Source: a virus (taxonomy: Duplodnaviria; Caudoviricetes). Taken from it: a stretch of DNA of 54,662 nt. The translations under genes were made by a program, and so were the position numbers. The notes beneath the pieces are model-generated. The model saw nothing but the letters and a program-made list of their open reading frames with translations, did no database searches and had not been told where the DNA came from. Positions 44,959 through 53,278 of the stretch are shown here, one piece after another. How positions within the stretch are numbered: position 1 is the stretch's first letter; every line of letters begins with the position of its first letter. Location of the stretch: positions 1-54,662 of the IMG/VR virus record IMGVR_UViG_3300043425_000063; one strand, written 5' to 3'.

Positions 44959-47900
44959 TCAGGGATGCCATTGAGTGTTTCTTCATCTACACCGTAGAGT
45001 CGAAGCATCTCTTTGGCTTCTGCCCGGCCTGACTTAGCGGAGGACTTGAGGCTACGTAGTGCCAGTGGCTTACGTGCTTCTTTGAACGCTTGGTTGACAG
45101 ACCTATCGAAGTTGCGAATCTCAAGGCGAGTACCCTTGGTGGATTCGTTCCAGTCTTTCACAAAGTCTTTGACGTTCTTCTCGGACTCAGGGTCACCTGA
45201 CAGTCTTGATGCAACCGCACGGCGTACAGCCTCAGTCTTAATCATGGACATATAGGCTTGTTCCTGTGAGTCTGCCATCATCCAATCCATCTGAGCCTGC
45301 GCACGGGATGGATACCATCCGAGTGCCTTACCCATAATCTCCCATGCCGTAGCGTTCTTTGCCACAACATATCCCTTGGAGTCGAGAATTGCACCAGTGT
45401 CTTGGAACTTCAAGGCTTCACCAAAGTTCTTGACCGCACGAACAGGCGCATCAGTCATAAGGCTAGATAGGCTTGAGCGACCAGTGACTACACCGGGGAT
45501 GGTGTTGGTAAAGTACTCAAGGCTACCCACGAGGAACGAGGTAGGTGCACCTGCAATGTTCACCACTTCACGGAGAAGTTCTTGCTTAGTGGCTGACGGT
45601 TTCAGTAGGCCCGTGCCGGGGACAATATCCCCAAGACCCAATCGGTTAGAGAATGACCAACCAGTGAAGTGGTCAAGCAAACCACGCATGATGATTGGGT
45701 TAATCTCAGCACCAAGTTCATCACCGAATACCGTGCGTGTCAGACGAGCAAACTCTTTTTCGATGGAGCCCATCTTTAGACCCAAGCGTTGAGCGATGCC
45801 GTCAACAACGTCCAAGATGTCGTCAGAACCCGGTAGTCCACGCACACCGGAGAGCAGAATCAATGACCCAAGCATGATGATGCGACCCTCGTAGTTCATG
45901 TTCTTCAACAATTGAACCATGAGAATCGGGTACTGCTTGTACATATAGATGAACGACTGGAGTCCACCACGGAAGAAAGCAGGGCGGTTGTACTGTGCGT
46001 AGTCACCTTGTGTGGCGTCCACGGCACGAGACGCAACTGCTCGGGCAGCGATGTCGGCTGCATTGTGGTCTACCCCAGAAGCGCGTTGGCGGTCATACTC
46101 ACCACGATATGCTGCTAGGAGAGTAGTACGGCGGTTGAACTGTTCCGAGTAGGAGAACGGAGCCATCCAAACCTTGACGAACTTTTGGAACGTAGGGTTA
46201 ACGAGGATGGCACGACCCCGACTTGTACCAGTCAAAGCGTTGAACTGGGCAGCATCAAGACGCTGCTCCTCAGTCATGGTGTACAGGAAGTTCAGTTCAG
46301 CAAACGTCAGACCATCTTTGTTGCGGTCTTTACCTGACTTCTGCAACTCCTTAATCTGTTGGTCGATGTAGTCGAGGTTGGCGTAGCGGAAACTACCTGC
46401 CTTCTTGGCGTACTCCAACAAGAGGTAGCCTGCACGACCTGCACCTAGCCCAACACCAAAGCCGTTCTTCGGATTGAACGAAGCAAGGTAAGCCCACGAG
46501 TTAGTCGGCAGCGAAAGCATCTGTGTGACACCCGTGGCGATAGAGCCACCGAGTTGAGCAAGAGCCGCCCATGTACGAGCAGCCACAGAGAACTCGTTGT
46601 TTGTCCAAATGTCATCCGCATGGATGATGTCGCCAGTGGATTCTTTCCAGTCGAGCAAAGACTTGGCACGTTCTTTGTACCAGTTGCCACGCTCTACCCG
46701 CTTACCATCCACCATCGTGACGGCATTGTCGTAGTAGAACTTCTCTTGGAAATACTCACGGGCTGCAATCTCTTTGGCAGGGCCAGTCGCACCTTCCCAC
46801 TTAGCCTTGAGTTCTTCAAGACGGGTAGGGTCGCCATACCAGTTACGGTTGTCCTCAAGAACTTCGTCGTACTGATGGCGGAACTCTTTGTTGGCTGCGG
46901 TGTAGGCTTGCTGCTCCAGATAGGCAGACGCACTCTTGACAACATCTTTGTCCCAGCCGGGTGTGCCTGCACGTTTCAGGTTTGCACGAGCACGAGTGTT
47001 CTGTGCCTGTGTTTTCTTGACAAGAATCTCCCGAGTTTGTGGGGTCAACTGAATACCAAGGCGAGACAAGGAATACATCACCTCGTCGTAGTGGAGGATG
47101 TCCACAAGCGCAGGGGTCTGCTCAGCCACGGAAGAAATTGCACGGAGTTTGACAGTCTGCAAGTTGTTGTCAACATCACGCATCTCGTACTCGCCTGCGA
47201 ACATGATGTCGAGTTCGTCTTGGAGTTCACGAGCATCTTTCTCGGTAGCGACCTTGCCATAGAACAGAGAGTCCTGCTGACCTTGGCGCAACTTGATAGG
47301 TACTTCCTGACCGTTGACTTCCTTGTAGGCTTGGATACGAACCTGCCAGTCACCCTCACGGATTAGCGGGACGTAAGAGCCAGCGATGGTTCGCTTGGCG
47401 TAGAACTGGTCATCATTGATAGACGCTGCAAACATGGTGCGTTCTTCGATGCGGCGCACCAATGCCCAAATGGAACTGTCGTTCACGTTGTCAAGGTCAG
47501 GGTCAACCTTGTTACGTAGTTTGTTCCGCAGGCCACGCACAAGCGTATCGACTTGCTCAGGGGTATACCCCTCAATCATTGTCTTTAGGTCGCCAAGGGC
47601 AAGGTCTTTATAGAACGAGCCACCAAACTTGTAGTTCAACCACTCGTCAGCATCTTCTTGTGCTGCCTCGCTCATGACGAAACGGTTGTTCTTGTACTCT
47701 GAATCTTTTAGGCGCATACGGTCGTATTGCTCGACCACATCTTTAATGAACTCTGTCTCTTGGGCAGTTAGACTCTCAGAGAACGCACTGGATATACCAG
47801 ACGTAACTGCTCGTTGCTGTTCGTGGATTGCGCCAAGATATTTACCGATGAGCACATCCACGGAGGATTTCGAGATGGCATCAAAGAACTCTAGGTAAAC

Positions 47901-50900
47901 CTTGTACTCGATGCTGTTACCCGTGTAGCGGATGATTCCGTTTTCATCTTCCTCAAGGGTTCCATCAACATCTTTGAACCAGTCCAATGAGGGCTGCATG
48001 TTCGGAGCCTCGTAGGTGGTCTCCGCCATACGCTTGGTATACGTCCGCTTGGTCATCTCAATGTTGCGGTCGTACTTGCTTTCGGTTTTCTTAAGACGCA
48101 ACTGGTACTCAAGACGGGCTTCCTCGTTCTGAGCCGTATCCAGTTTCTTTTGCAGACGAGCCATTTCACGAGCCTTGCCAGACTCAAGGGAAGCCAACTC
48201 AGCGTCACGCTGTGCAACCAGTTCAGCCTGATACTCAGGCGTCATTGGGCGTTCTTCAGTACCTTGTTGAACCATGAAGCCCTTACGGAACTCCTCAGGG
48301 GTAACCCTACCCATCTTCTTGAGTTCTTCAAAAGCCTCAGGGTTAATCTGCGGAGTGGGGTCTAGGTTGTTCGGGTCATAGAACACCACGTTCTGCATCT
48401 TCTGAATCTGATTGTCCGTGTACTGCCCCATCCGGCGCAACGTGGCATATGCCATGAGTTCACCGGAACGGACATTCTGTTCGGGAGTCAAACCACCACC
48501 AAAGCCCAAGAACTTAGCGTCATGGGCAATCTTAGTCATCTCAGCGTACTGAGTTTTCAGTTCAGTCTGACGAGCGGCTTGGTCTTGCAGGCGACTAAAG
48601 ATTTTGAAATATCCCTTGCTCTTACGGGCCATGTTGTCTTGCGTCTGGATTCCATCAAGAACTTTCTGTGTGACGTTACCCACGTTGGCAAGCACGCCCC
48701 TACCCTGCTTACGCATCTCGGCGGCTTTTTGTGAGGTGTTTACGATGTCACGGATAGAACGCTCAAGGTCACCGTAGATGGCAAAGTTACGGTTCGTAAA
48801 ATTCTGAGCAAAAAACGCAGAGCCTTGTGCCACAGATTGGGCAAAGCGCAACACTTCCATGTCGGACTTCTCGTTACCCAGTGCCTCAGTAATCTCCTTG
48901 AACATGCCAGAGGTGTTGACCTCGGAACGCCCAATGCCTTGACGCACGTACTTGCGTGATAGCCCAATCAGATAGCGAGCAGCGTCATCATTGAAGCGCA
49001 AGCCCATCTTATTGAGTTGGTCTTTCAACCAGTTCCAAAAGCGCAGGATAGTGTTGTTGTCGATGGCAGCAGCACGGTCAGCCAGTACTTCTTCAACGGC
49101 TTCGAGAAAGGGTATACCCTTACCATTCGCATAGACCGTGGCTTCTTGTGTCAGTTGCGGGTCAGAGTCAGCGATGAAGCGCAGAATCTTGTCGAGGGCT
49201 TGGCTGCTAAACAATCCACGGAAGCCAACGTGCCCAAGAGTTTCGTGGGCAATGATGAACCGAGCGTGTTCTTCCGAGTGGATGAAGTCGGCAAACAGTA
49301 CTACGTTGTCGCCCCATGCCATACCAGCAGCGTTGACTGCTTCAATGTCGCCATTCTTACGTGCCTTAGCGGCAGCCTCGAACAAAGTAGGATTACTCCT
49401 ACGCATATCTTGTATGTTGGCAAACACGCTTACACGCGGCTTACGAGCGTACTTGGAAATCACACGGGCTGCAAACAAGCGCAGTGGGCCGACCTTCATT
49501 GGATTCAGAGGCTTACCGTCCGCACGATAGGCACGCCAGTCGTCGTCGCTGTTGGGTTTACGGTCATAGAACGGGTCGAACTGGAGGTCATCCAGTGTCG
49601 TTTGATTCTCAGTTTCTTCAAGGTCACGCAGTTCTTTACGTGCTGCCTCATGCTTTTGCACAAAGTCAGTCTTGGTTGTTTTCTCCTCAGCCACCGTGTT
49701 GGGGATGAAGTAGGATGTGCCCGCAGGCTGAGTCACATAGGGATTACCCTTAGCATCAAAGAAGTCTTTGATAAGCCCACGCTTACCAACGAGGAAGTTG
49801 TCATCGACTACACCAGCGTAGTACTTCTTCAACTTGTCAATAAGTTGTGCTTTGTCATAGTACTGTGGGTTCGAGTCAATAAAGTTTGCCAAGCGTTCTT
49901 CGGCACTGATGTCCTCGTTGACTGCAACCACATCATCCTTAACCGCTTCTTGTGTGGTTTTAGCCCCGGGCACACGCACCTTCGCCATGACATTGGCATC
50001 GTTCAACAAGCCAGTGTCGGCAAGTAGGGCGTACAAACGGGACTTCGGAGAAATGGATTCTTGGTCGAGCGCAACTTCACGCAGCGCATCGGTGTAATCT
50101 ATCTTAGATACACCACCCTCAGGGTCTGTCAAGAAGTTGGCAGCAGTCTTACGCAAGTAGGTACGGTCTGCCCCAAAGACATAAGCCGACACAATATCGT
50201 ACAGAGCCTCTGCGTAAGCAGCAGCGTTCTTGGTTGTCTCAGCAGTCTCGATAGCCATATCGAGTTCTTCGTTTGCAGCCACAGTCTCAGCACTTGCTTC
50301 CTGTGCACCACGCTTAACAGGTTGGCTTTCCACAACCGCAGGCTGTGTAGTCGTACCCATAAGTTGCCCGACCATTGCAGCAAGACCGCTAGGGCCACGT
50401 TGCAACTTAGCACCTGCGGGGGCTGCGGCCTTACCTGCCGCTTCAATCTTTTTTGCTGGGGCTTTCTTTAGAGCCTTACCCCCCTTAGGTGGGGGCGGAG
50501 GTGGTTCCTCCGTAGGCGTTACGGCTTCTTGCTTCTTCCCGCGCTTGAGAGACTTGCCGCCACCGCCTGCTTCAGTGCCGCCGCCTTGCTCTTGGGTCGT
50601 GGGCTGTTGCCCAGTTTGCCGCCCGCCTTGTACTCCCGCATTATCTTGCTGACGTTTTGGCTGACGACCTTGTTGCTGCTTCCTTTCTTGAGGGGCATTT
50701 GCTTCTCCTTGTGGTTCGGGTTGAACGAAGTCGCCTTCATCAAACTGTCCATCGAACACCGTACCGTCTACGTCCTCAAAACGACCAGTGCCATGCGGCA
50801 GACCGTCCTTGAACTGACCAGTGTAGGTGGATGTGTCAGAGTAAATCAGCGTACCTTGACCGCTAGGTACGCCCTTCTTGAGTTGGCCTGTATATACAGA

Positions 50901-53270
50901 ACCATCCTCGAAGTTCAACGTACCAGACTTCTGTTTCTTGAGTGCTTCGCCTCGTGCAGCCTGTGAAGTAACGGCAGTGACTGGCGCACCAGTCGGAGGA
51001 ATCTGAGCCGCACCTTGTTCAACAGTCGGAACAACTTGTTGCGGTGCAGCAGCACTACGCAAAGCAGCCACGGTAGGCTGACCTTGCTGAGTAAACATCG
51101 CCATCTGTGGTGAACTACGCAAGTCAACCCGTGGAGTAACTGGAGCACCAGTAGGGGCAGGCAACTGAGTACCCACACCACGGCGCAAACCTTCTGCACG
51201 AGAAGGACGAGGAGCCTCACGACGACTAAACAATTCCAGTTGTTGCGGTGCACGTACAGGCAGCGGCTTTGTAGGAAGTTGTTGTGGTGTCTGTTGCTGT
51301 TGTGCGGCCCGCTGTTCTTGCAACGCTGCTTGTTGGGCAATTTCCAACTGACGCTGTGCTTGAGCAAGGTTGTTCATCCGAGCAAGGTCTGCCTCACGTT
51401 GGGCTGCTTGTTCGGCTTGCATACGCTCCTGAGCCTGACGACTTTGCGCCAAGTTCATTTGCTGCTGCATGATAGGGTTAACCACAGGGGCGGCTTGGTC
51501 GGTAAAGCCAACACCACCCGGTGCAGGTGGCGCAAACTGGAGAGCCAACTGATTAGGGTCAGGGGTTAGATTCGGAGGGCCAACTTGAGCCGCTAGTTCT
51601 TGAGGAGTGACATCTCGGAATGATTGAGTAGTGACATCCCACACCTGTTGTGGACGCACATTGCCTTGCATGCTGCGAGCCTTGGCTTCAGCAACGGGAA
51701 TACCACCGAGGTCAAGCACACCTTGTGCACCACCGAACTGGTTGGGTTGTACCTCACCTGTGTAGATACGGTCACCCGGAGTAGAGCGACGGACACCTTC
51801 TGCGCCAGCCACAAAGTCAGGGCGTGCACCCATACCACCAGCAGGGGTCGGGCCACCGACAGGAGTGATTTCAACAGACTCGGAGGTGGGTGGTGGGACT
51901 TGCTGATTACCTTTAAGAAGGTCAGTTTCGTTGCGACCAATCGGGCCACGGCGAAGGTTTGCACCTGCACCAAGTACACCGCCGACACCAAAGCCAGCAG
52001 CAAAAGATTCGAGAAGGCGTTTGCGAACATCGGCATCACCAAAGTCCTGTCCAGTCATGCCAACCAGCAGGCTTTCCTGTCCGAGTTCAGTTGCGCCCTC
52101 AGCAGTACCACCAACAATCAACCCTTTGCCGCCTCGCTTGAGCAGTTCTGCACCACGAAGTCCTTGCGTCCCCAAGAAAGTCTTACCTTGGATGTCTTGG
52201 AGATTCGTTGCTCCACCTCTAGCGGACAGACCACCACGACCAAACAGACGGGATGCAAGTAAAAATTCAGGGAGGGATTCAAGGACGGCATAGGGAACTG
52301 CGCCAGACAAAGCGGCAAGACGAGCGTTGGCGTCATCGGCTCCTACTCCTTGTTCACGGAACTCCCCATAAATATCAGCAGCACCAGTGGCATAGTTCTG
52401 TGCCACGCTGGTAATGGTTGCGCCTGCAATACCAGCCGCTTCACGCAGCAGTTTGGTTTCGGCAGCATCAAGGACTTCACCTGCCGCACGTTTTTTTAGG
52501 GCAGCAAGTACGGATTGTTTGAAAGTTTCTTTACCCGCGAGTGATGCCAAGGACACACCTGCACCTGCAAGTGGGCCACCAGCGGCAGAACCAGCAAAAA
52601 AGCCTGCGGCAGCAGTACCGACAGACTCAAGAATATTTGGGCCTTGTTGGGCAACCGTTGCAGCCAACCACTCAATCGCACCACGGGTGGAGTCAATGTC
52701 ACTGAACTCACGACGGTAGGGCAAATTCTTACGCAAGTCCTCCATCTGTTGGTCAACAATACCCTGACCAATCTGCTCAGCACCAGCAAGTTGTAATCCA
52801 CGACCAGCAAGCAGTTGTAACTGGTCAACGCCAATACCGAAGTTCTTGGACATAAGACGCCCAAGACTCGGATTACGGATTGTGTTGGCTAGTTGCCCGT
52901 AGGACTCAGGAGTTAAAGCAATCCAGTCACCACCTTGAGGTAGCCCCACAGAAGGTTGTCCAAGTAATTGCTCGGCACGCAGGGTCATATCGGCGTCGTC
53001 CTCTGCGAACGTCACGCCTTGTACAAACAACTCTTTCTTTGACGGGCTATATGCAATCGCAGGTGGTTTCTTCATCTGCGGCATTTCAAACTGCGTAGCC
53101 CGCTGACCCATTGCGCCAATGGTAGCGATGTCGGCTAGACCTCTCTGAAGTGCATCAGCCCCACTAGACGCAGCAGGGTTTAGAAAGGTGTAGCCACTCA
53201 TGTCACTGGCAATCGAGCCGCCAGAATCCGCATACAGAGGATTTTCAAATGATGTGGCTTTAGTTGCCAT
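44955..53270 (-). CDS. Giant polyvalent internal virion/ejection protein (2771 aa)
   Basis: Gly/Ala hydrophobic N-part, Q/P linker, MORN repeats, HETLGH...EE zincin motif, YVPLIREG (PLxRFG-like), helical C-terminus; last gene of the late arm. Confidence 0.85.
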   Translation of the reverse strand: MATKATSFENPLYADSGGSIASDMSGYTFLNPAASSGADALQRGLADIATIGAMGQRATQFEMPQMKKPPAIAYSPSKKELFVQGVTFAEDDADMTLRAEQLLGQPSVGLPQGGDWIALTPESYGQLANTIRNPSLGRLMSKNFGIGVDQLQLLAGRGLQLAGAEQIGQGIVDQQMEDLRKNLPYRREFSDIDSTRGAIEWLAATVAQQGPNILESVGTAAAGFFAGSAAGGPLAGAGVSLASLAGKETFKQSVLAALKKRAAGEVLDAAETKLLREAAGIAGATITSVAQNYATGAADIYGEFREQGVGADDANARLAALSGAVPYAVLESLPEFLLASRLFGRGGLSARGGATNLQDIQGKTFLGTQGLRGAELLKRGGKGLIVGGTAEGATELGQESLLVGMTGQDFGDADVRKRLLESFAAGFGVGGVLGAGANLRRGPIGRNETDLLKGNQQVPPPTSESVEITPVGGPTPAGGMGARPDFVAGAEGVRRSTPGDRIYTGEVQPNQFGGAQGVLDLGGIPVAEAKARSMQGNVRPQQVWDVTTQSFRDVTPQELAAQVGPPNLTPDPNQLALQFAPPAPGGVGFTDQAAPVVNPIMQQQMNLAQSRQAQERMQAEQAAQREADLARMNNLAQAQRQLEIAQQAALQEQRAAQQQQTPQQLPTKPLPVRAPQQLELFSRREAPRPSRAEGLRRGVGTQLPAPTGAPVTPRVDLRSSPQMAMFTQQGQPTVAALRSAAAPQQVVPTVEQGAAQIPPTGAPVTAVTSQAARGEALKKQKSGTLNFEDGSVYTGQLKKGVPSGQGTLIYSDTSTYTGQFKDGLPHGTGRFEDVDGTVFDGQFDEGDFVQPEPQGEANAPQERKQQQGRQPKRQQDNAGVQGGRQTGQQPTTQEQGGGTEAGGGGKSLKRGKKQEAVTPTEEPPPPPPKGGKALKKAPAKKIEAAGKAAAPAGAKLQRGPSGLAAMVGQLMGTTTQPAVVESQPVKRGAQEASAETVAANEELDMAIETAETTKNAAAYAEALYDIVSAYVFGADRTYLRKTAANFLTDPEGGVSKIDYTDALREVALDQESISPKSRLYALLADTGLLNDANVMAKVRVPGAKTTQEAVKDDVVAVNEDISAEERLANFIDSNPQYYDKAQLIDKLKKYYAGVVDDNFLVGKRGLIKDFFDAKGNPYVTQPAGTSYFIPNTVAEEKTTKTDFVQKHEAARKELRDLEETENQTTLDDLQFDPFYDRKPNSDDDWRAYRADGKPLNPMKVGPLRLFAARVISKYARKPRVSVFANIQDMRRSNPTLFEAAAKARKNGDIEAVNAAGMAWGDNVVLFADFIHSEEHARFIIAHETLGHVGFRGLFSSQALDKILRFIADSDPQLTQEATVYANGKGIPFLEAVEEVLADRAAAIDNNTILRFWNWLKDQLNKMGLRFNDDAARYLIGLSRKYVRQGIGRSEVNTSGMFKEITEALGNEKSDMEVLRFAQSVAQGSAFFAQNFTNRNFAIYGDLERSIRDIVNTSQKAAEMRKQGRGVLANVGNVTQKVLDGIQTQDNMARKSKGYFKIFSRLQDQAARQTELKTQYAEMTKIAHDAKFLGFGGGLTPEQNVRSGELMAYATLRRMGQYTDNQIQKMQNVVFYDPNNLDPTPQINPEAFEELKKMGRVTPEEFRKGFMVQQGTEERPMTPEYQAELVAQRDAELASLESGKAREMARLQKKLDTAQNEEARLEYQLRLKKTESKYDRNIEMTKRTYTKRMAETTYEAPNMQPSLDWFKDVDGTLEEDENGIIRYTGNSIEYKVYLEFFDAISKSSVDVLIGKYLGAIHEQQRAVTSGISSAFSESLTAQETEFIKDVVEQYDRMRLKDSEYKNNRFVMSEAAQEDADEWLNYKFGGSFYKDLALGDLKTMIEGYTPEQVDTLVRGLRNKLRNKVDPDLDNVNDSSIWALVRRIEERTMFAASINDDQFYAKRTIAGSYVPLIREGDWQVRIQAYKEVNGQEVPIKLRQGQQDSLFYGKVATEKDARELQDELDIMFAGEYEMRDVDNNLQTVKLRAISSVAEQTPALVDILHYDEVMYSLSRLGIQLTPQTREILVKKTQAQNTRARANLKRAGTPGWDKDVVKSASAYLEQQAYTAANKEFRHQYDEVLEDNRNWYGDPTRLEELKAKWEGATGPAKEIAAREYFQEKFYYDNAVTMVDGKRVERGNWYKERAKSLLDWKESTGDIIHADDIWTNNEFSVAARTWAALAQLGGSIATGVTQMLSLPTNSWAYLASFNPKNGFGVGLGAGRAGYLLLEYAKKAGSFRYANLDYIDQQIKELQKSGKDRNKDGLTFAELNFLYTMTEEQRLDAAQFNALTGTSRGRAILVNPTFQKFVKVWMAPFSYSEQFNRRTTLLAAYRGEYDRQRASGVDHNAADIAARAVASRAVDATQGDYAQYNRPAFFRGGLQSFIYMYKQYPILMVQLLKNMNYEGRIIMLGSLILLSGVRGLPGSDDILDVVDGIAQRLGLKMGSIEKEFARLTRTVFGDELGAEINPIIMRGLLDHFTGWSFSNRLGLGDIVPGTGLLKPSATKQELLREVVNIAGAPTSFLVGSLEYFTNTIPGVVTGRSSLSSLMTDAPVRAVKNFGEALKFQDTGAILDSKGYVVAKNATAWEIMGKALGWYPSRAQAQMDWMMADSQEQAYMSMIKTEAVRRAVASRLSGDPESEKNVKDFVKDWNESTKGTRLEIRNFDRSVNQAFKEARKPLALRSLKSSAKSGRAEAKEMLRLYGVDEETLNGIPD
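50519..50698 (-). CDS. Nested out-of-frame gene: 59-aa basic MPLKKG-type protein
   Basis: AAGGAG RBS 6 nt before ATG; MPLKKGSSNKVVSQNVSKIMREYKAGG...KQAVAASLSSAGRSKKP. Confidence 0.7.
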   Translation of the reverse strand: MPLKKGSSNKVVSQNVSKIMREYKAGGKLGNSPRPKSKAAALKQAVAASLSSAGRSKKP

Positions 53271-53278
53271 AATTCACC

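Noticed and set aside
50915-52336. Other same-strand alternative-frame ORFs in the giant gene (50915..51367, 51593..52042, 52118..52336)
   Set aside because: No convincing RBS or family resemblance, unlike 50519..50698
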